DNA of 64,000 nt, from positions 256,001-320,000 of the forward strand of contig OY821645.1 in assembly GCA_963682135.1 (NCBI GenBank), read 5' to 3'. Within the stretch, counting starts at the first letter, position 1. Each line of letters begins with the position of its first letter. Position numbers and translations under genes: made by a program. Source of the stretch: Methanothrix sp. (GTDB taxonomy: Archaea > Halobacteriota > Methanosarcinia > Methanotrichales > Methanotrichaceae). Below, piece by piece: positions 62,301 through 64,000 of the stretch. The notes under the pieces are model-generated. The model did not search any database. It was not told the origin of the DNA and saw only the letters and a list, made by a program, of their open reading frames with translations.

Positions 62301-64000
62301 ACACCGTGCAAGAGGAAGCCCAGGCAGGCTGGACGCAGTCTTATCCTGCAACGCCCGGCACTTATCCATTAACTCTGGTGTCGGGAGTTGCCGGACCGAC
62401 GGACATTGATTTCGGCAACTGGAAATCGACCGGTTTTTCCGGTATGAAGTTCGAAGATCTCAACGGCAATGGGGCCAAGGACGCAGGCGAGCCGGGCCTC
62501 AAAGACTGGACCATCAAACTCATGAGCGGTGCAACCGAGATCTCCAGCACCCAGACAGCAGCCGATGGCAGTTATTCTTTCATCGGCATTACTCCCGGTA
62601 GCTACACCGTGCAAGAAGTAGCCCAGGCAGGCTGGACGCAGTCTTATCCCGCCTCGCCAGGCACGCATGCAATCACTCTGGTATCAGGAGTGGCCGGACC
62701 GACGGACCTCGATTTCGGCAACTGGAAATCGACCGGCTTTTCCGGCCTGAAGTTCGAAGATCTCAACGGCAATGGAGCCAAAGATGCGGGCGAGCCGGGT
62801 CTGGCTGACTGGACCATCAGGATTATGAAAGGTGCAACAGTGGTTGCCAGCGCCCTGACATTGGCCGACGGTGCTTATTCTTTCACCGGCATTGCGCCCG
62901 GAAGCTACATTGTGGAGGAAACTGCGCAAGCTGGCTGGACTCAGTCCTATCCCGCCTCGCCAGGCACCCAGACCGTTAACCTGGTCTCGGGAGCAGCCGG
63001 ACCGAATGACATTGATTTCGGAAACTGGAGAGCGACCGGTTTCTCGGGAATGAAGTTTAATGACCTGGATAGAAATGGTGCCAGGGATGCAGGCGAGCCC
63101 GGCCTCTCAGGCTGGACCATTAAGCTCATGAAAGGTGCAACCGAGACCTCCAGCACTCAAACAGCAGCCGATGGCAGCTATTCTTTCACCGACATTGCTC
63201 CTGGCAGCTACACCGTGCAAGAGGCAGCCCAATCCGGCTGGGTTCAGTCCTATCCAGCAACGCCCGGAATGCATCCAATCACCCTGGTATCGGGAATAGC
63301 TGGACCGACTGACATTGACTTCGGCAACCGTGGCTCTCTCGCTATCTCCGGCATGAAATTCCATGACAAGAATGCCAACGGCATACAGGATGATGGCGAG
63401 CCGGGTCTCTCAGGCTGGGATATCCAGCTTAAAGATAGCAGCGATAATCTCTTGCAGACCGCCACTACCAGCGCGGAGCCTGGCAAGGAGGGAGTCTATG
63501 AGTTTGCGGATCTGCCGCCGGGAACCTATCGGGTCTACGAGGCACCCAAAACCGGCTGGGTTCGGACTGCACCCGCGGAGGATCACTACGTAATAACCCT
63601 AACTGATTCATCCTCCCGGGGAAATCTCTTTGGCAACAATCAGCTTGCCATCTCCGGTATGAAGTTCCATGATAAGAACGCCAACGGCATAAAGGATGAT
63701 GGCGAGCCGGGTCTCTCCGGCTGGCAGATTCAGCTCAAAGACGGCAGCGACAACCTCCTGCAAACCGTCACCACCAGCTCAGATCCTGGCAAGGAAGGAG
63801 TCTACGAGTTCCTGGATTTGCAGCCCGGCACCTATCATGTCTACGAGATCCAGCAGGATGGCTGGATTCGGACTGCTCCAGATCAGGAGTACCATTCTGT
63901 GACCCTGTCCAACATGCCCTCCCGGGGAAATATGTTCGGAAACAATCTTGTGAATCTCTCCGGCACGAAGTTTGAGGACCTCAACGGCAACGGAGCGAAA
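53348..64000 (+). CDS. Giant secreted surface protein (>3550 aa, partial): LVIVD-like propeller, prealbumin-like domain, about 31 SdrD-B-like repeats
   Basis: Missing from the ORF track because there is no stop in the window. AAGGAG RBS; MSPIMARSAGICLAALLIMLAATAPASG signal peptide; DVFVSGSTAYL and YLVVLSLTTPNSP blades; repeats SG.KFEDLNGNGAKDAGEPG..GWTIKL...G.YSF..IAPGSYTV.E...GW.QSYP...FGN. The last codon at 64000 is in frame with the start. Confidence 0.93.
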   Translation, partial: MSPIMARSAGICLAALLIMLAATAPASGACTMSVSRIGTASDANGVFVLNDKVYIASTNGHYIIMPLSSLVATSDFNIGGSPYDVFVSGSTAYLTDFYSSNGVRVVNADTGAPLGECTNWPSGLSAIGIYNSGSYAYVGATDYTNGYLVVLSLTTPNSPSVVNTISSGPMAQGGGGLCVTDGKIYLATDNGVDEFTLGNPASPSYSGTISTPYGAYDVHVFGTNAYVVMGTNPPSGQPNVVVLDLANSGTQTDCYYDSTPSYALPPYAIQFYNGKIYIVDPNGLKELSVGSVSGSLTVNLDAVPNNAQDFTFSGDLGSFILDDDSDDTYPSTKTFSSLAAGYYAFHQTVPSGWIVSSITASDASKVTYSSDGNSWHSTFTSGDTWAKASVQAGGSTLTVNFQDTRVYSISGHVIYDLDGNGAKNNFEGYVPNGWVVQLWKDGTQTSQTTTLSGAYSFSNLPAGNYEVRSILQTGWVNTIPATGIRSYSPLSSDQTNQDFGVRGSQSIAGMKFHDLDGDRAKDAGEPGLASWTIDLKKDGNKIASTQTAAGGAYSFAGLAPGSYTVEETLQSGWIQSYPASPGTHAVTLVAGVAGPTDKDFGNYQTTGFSGVKFEDLNGNGAKDAGEPGISGWTIKLKQGATEIASTQTGTVGAYSFTGIAPGSYTVEEVAQSGWTQSYPATPGTYPLTLVSGVAGPTDINFGNLRSTGFSGVKFEDLNGNGAKDAGEPGLSGWTIKLKQGATEIASTQTGTVGAYSFTGIAPGSYTVEEVAQSGWTQSYPATPGTYPLTLVSGVAGPTDINFGNWRATGFSGMKFEDLNGNGAKDAGEPGISGWTIKLKQGATEITSIQTGTGGAYSFTGIAPGSYTVEEVAQSGWTRSYPASPGTHSLTLVSGVAGPTNIDFGNWKSTGLSGVKFEDLNGNGAKDTGEPGISGWTIKLMSGATEIASTQTGAGGAYSFAGISPGSYTVKEEVESGWTQSYPATPGTYPLNLVSGVAGPTNIDFGNWKSTGLSGVKFEDLNGNGAKDTGEPGISGWTIKLMSGATEISSTQTGADGSYSFAGIAPGSYTVTEAMQPGWTQSYPATPGTYPLTLISGVAGPANINFGNWRTTGLSGMKFEDLNGNGAKDAGEPGISGWTIKLMSDATEIASTQTGADGSYSFTGIAPGSYTIEEVAQGGWTQSYPATPGTYPLTLISGVAGPTNINFGNWRTTVFSGMKFEDLNGNGAKDAGEPGLKDWTIKLMNGATEISSTQTGADGAYSFTDIAPGSYTVEEAMQAGWARTYPASPGTHTINLVSGVAGPTNINFGNARATGFSGMKFEDLNGNGAKDLGEPGLEGWTIKLMSGATEIASTQTDADGAYSFTDISPGSYTVKEEVKSGWTQSYPATPGTYPLTLISGVAGPTNIDFGNWKSTGLSGVKFEDLNGNGAKDTGEPGISGWTIKLMSGATEIAGTQTGADGAYSFTDIAPGSYTVEETAQAGWTQSYPATPGTYPLTLVSGVAGPNNIDFGNWRTTGLSGMKFGDLNGNGAKDAGEPGLKDWTIKLMSGATEIASTQTGADGAYSFTGIAPGSYTVEEVAQSGWTQSYPAAPGTYPVTLSSGLLAANIDFGNWKATGFTGLKFEDLNGNGAKDAGEPGLEGWTIKLMSGATEISSTQTDADGAYSFTDIAPGSYTVEEAMQAGWAQTCPASPGTHTINLVSGVAGPTNINFGNARGTGFSGMKFEDLNGNGAKDAGETGLEGWTIKLMSGATEIASTQTDADGSYSFIGITPGSYTVQEEAQAGWTQSYPATPGTYPLNLVSGVAGPTNIDFGNWKATGLSGVKFEDLNGNGAKDTGEPGLTGWTIKLMSGATEIASTQTNVDGAYSFTGIAPGSYTVTEAMQPGWTQSYPATPGTYPLTLVSGVAGPTNINFGNWRTTGLSGMKFEDLNGNGAKDAGEPGISGWTIKLMSDATEIASTQTGADGSYSFTGIAPGSYTVEEVAQSGWTQSYPATPGTYPLTLISGVAGPTDINFGNWRTTGFSGMKFEDLNGNGARDAGEPGLKDWTIKLMNGATEISSIQTGADGAYSFTDIAPGSYTVEEAMQAGWARTYPASPGTHTINLVSGVAGPTNINFGNARATGFSGMKFEDLNGNGAKDAGEPGLEGWTIKLMSGATEISSTQTDADGAYSFTDISPGSYTVKEEVKSGWTQSYPATPGTYPLNLVSGVAGPTNIDFGNWKATGLSGVKFEDLNGNGAKDAGETGISGWTIKLKQGTTEISSTQTGTGGAYSFTGIAPGSYTVEEVAQIGWTQSYPASPGTHSFTLVSGVAGPTNIDFGNWRTTGLSGMKFEDLNGNGAKDAGEPGLKDWTIKLMSGATEIASTQTGADGSYSFTGIAPGSYTIEEVAQGGWTQSYPAAPGTHSLALASGVAGPTDINFGNWRTTGLSGMKFEDLNGNGARDAGEPGLKDWTIKLMSGATEISSTQTDADGAYSFTDIAPGSYTVVEAMQAGWAQTYPVSPGTHSINLVSGVAGPTNINFGNDRATGFSGMKFEDLNGNGAKDAGEPGLEGWTIKLMSGATEIASTQTDADGAYSFTDIAPGSYTVKEEVKSGWTQSYPATSGTYPLTLVSGVAGPTNIDFGNWKSTGLSGVKFEDLNGNGAKDVGEPSLEGWTIKLMSGATEISSTQTDADGAYSFIDIAPGSYTVKEEVKSGWTQSYPASPGTHAITLVSGLPVTNIDFGNWKSTGFSGVKFEDNNGNGAKDAGEPGLKDWTIKLMKGTTVVSVIPTDADGAYSFTDIAPGSYTVEEAAQAGWTQSYPASPGMQTVNLVSGVIGPKNVDFGNWRSTGFSGMKFEDLNGNGAKDSGEPGLFGWAIVLKKGETVVSVTQTDPDGVYSFADIAPGSYTVEEAMQSGWTQTNPIWPGTHSVTLVSGIAGPNNIDFGNARTTGFSGLKFEDLNGNGAKDAGEPGLKDWTIKLMSGATEISSTQTAADGSYSFIGITPGSYTVQEEAQAGWTQSYPATPGTYPLTLVSGVAGPTDIDFGNWKSTGFSGMKFEDLNGNGAKDAGEPGLKDWTIKLMSGATEISSTQTAADGSYSFIGITPGSYTVQEVAQAGWTQSYPASPGTHAITLVSGVAGPTDLDFGNWKSTGFSGLKFEDLNGNGAKDAGEPGLADWTIRIMKGATVVASALTLADGAYSFTGIAPGSYIVEETAQAGWTQSYPASPGTQTVNLVSGAAGPNDIDFGNWRATGFSGMKFNDLDRNGARDAGEPGLSGWTIKLMKGATETSSTQTAADGSYSFTDIAPGSYTVQEAAQSGWVQSYPATPGMHPITLVSGIAGPTDIDFGNRGSLAISGMKFHDKNANGIQDDGEPGLSGWDIQLKDSSDNLLQTATTSAEPGKEGVYEFADLPPGTYRVYEAPKTGWVRTAPAEDHYVITLTDSSSRGNLFGNNQLAISGMKFHDKNANGIKDDGEPGLSGWQIQLKDGSDNLLQTVTTSSDPGKEGVYEFLDLQPGTYHVYEIQQDGWIRTAPDQEYHSVTLSNMPSRGNMFGNNLVNLSGTKFEDLNGNGAK
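54570..64000 (+). repeat. About 303-bp coding tandem repeat array (about 31 full units plus start of another)
   Basis: The ttcgaggatctcaacggcaa motif recurs near 55183, 55486, 55789 ... 63971 at about 300-307 bp spacing. Confidence 0.97.

Noticed and set aside
54717-63486. Series of ~62-aa minus-strand ORFs (MLAISVAP...) at ~303-bp spacing
   Set aside because: Antisense shadows of the repeats in the giant + strand gene, not a peptide array.
54570-64000. Diversity-generating retroelement template/variable repeats
   Set aside because: No reverse transcriptase in the window, and the variation is not adenine-specific.

Overview
Archaeal chromosomal window, most likely from a Methanothrix/Methanosarcinales-type methanogen. 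This is inferred from methanogenesis marker 14, an AtwA-like ATPase, RadA/RPA, EF-1beta, DGGGP synthase and S-layer-type repeats. Bases 1-50600 are mostly housekeeping genes (radA, rpa, metG, hisD, lig, hom, gltX, HARP-type RNase P, tRNA-Ala) mixed with accessory surface-protein genes, IS200/IS605 and IS5 remnants, an AT-rich two-gene island, a local duplication bracketing a heptad-repeat acylphosphatase, and an ABC-ATPase/DUF4276 pair. The stand-out region is 50936-64000: three tandem phage tail-collar-like paralogs and a GNAT, followed by a giant ORF the ORF track missed because it has no stop in the window. That ORF starts at 53348, is >3550 aa, and encodes a signal peptide, an LVIVD-like propeller head and about 31 SdrD-B-like 101-aa repeats. 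No other phage genes and no CRISPR array were seen. All family calls come from motif recognition, not from database searches.
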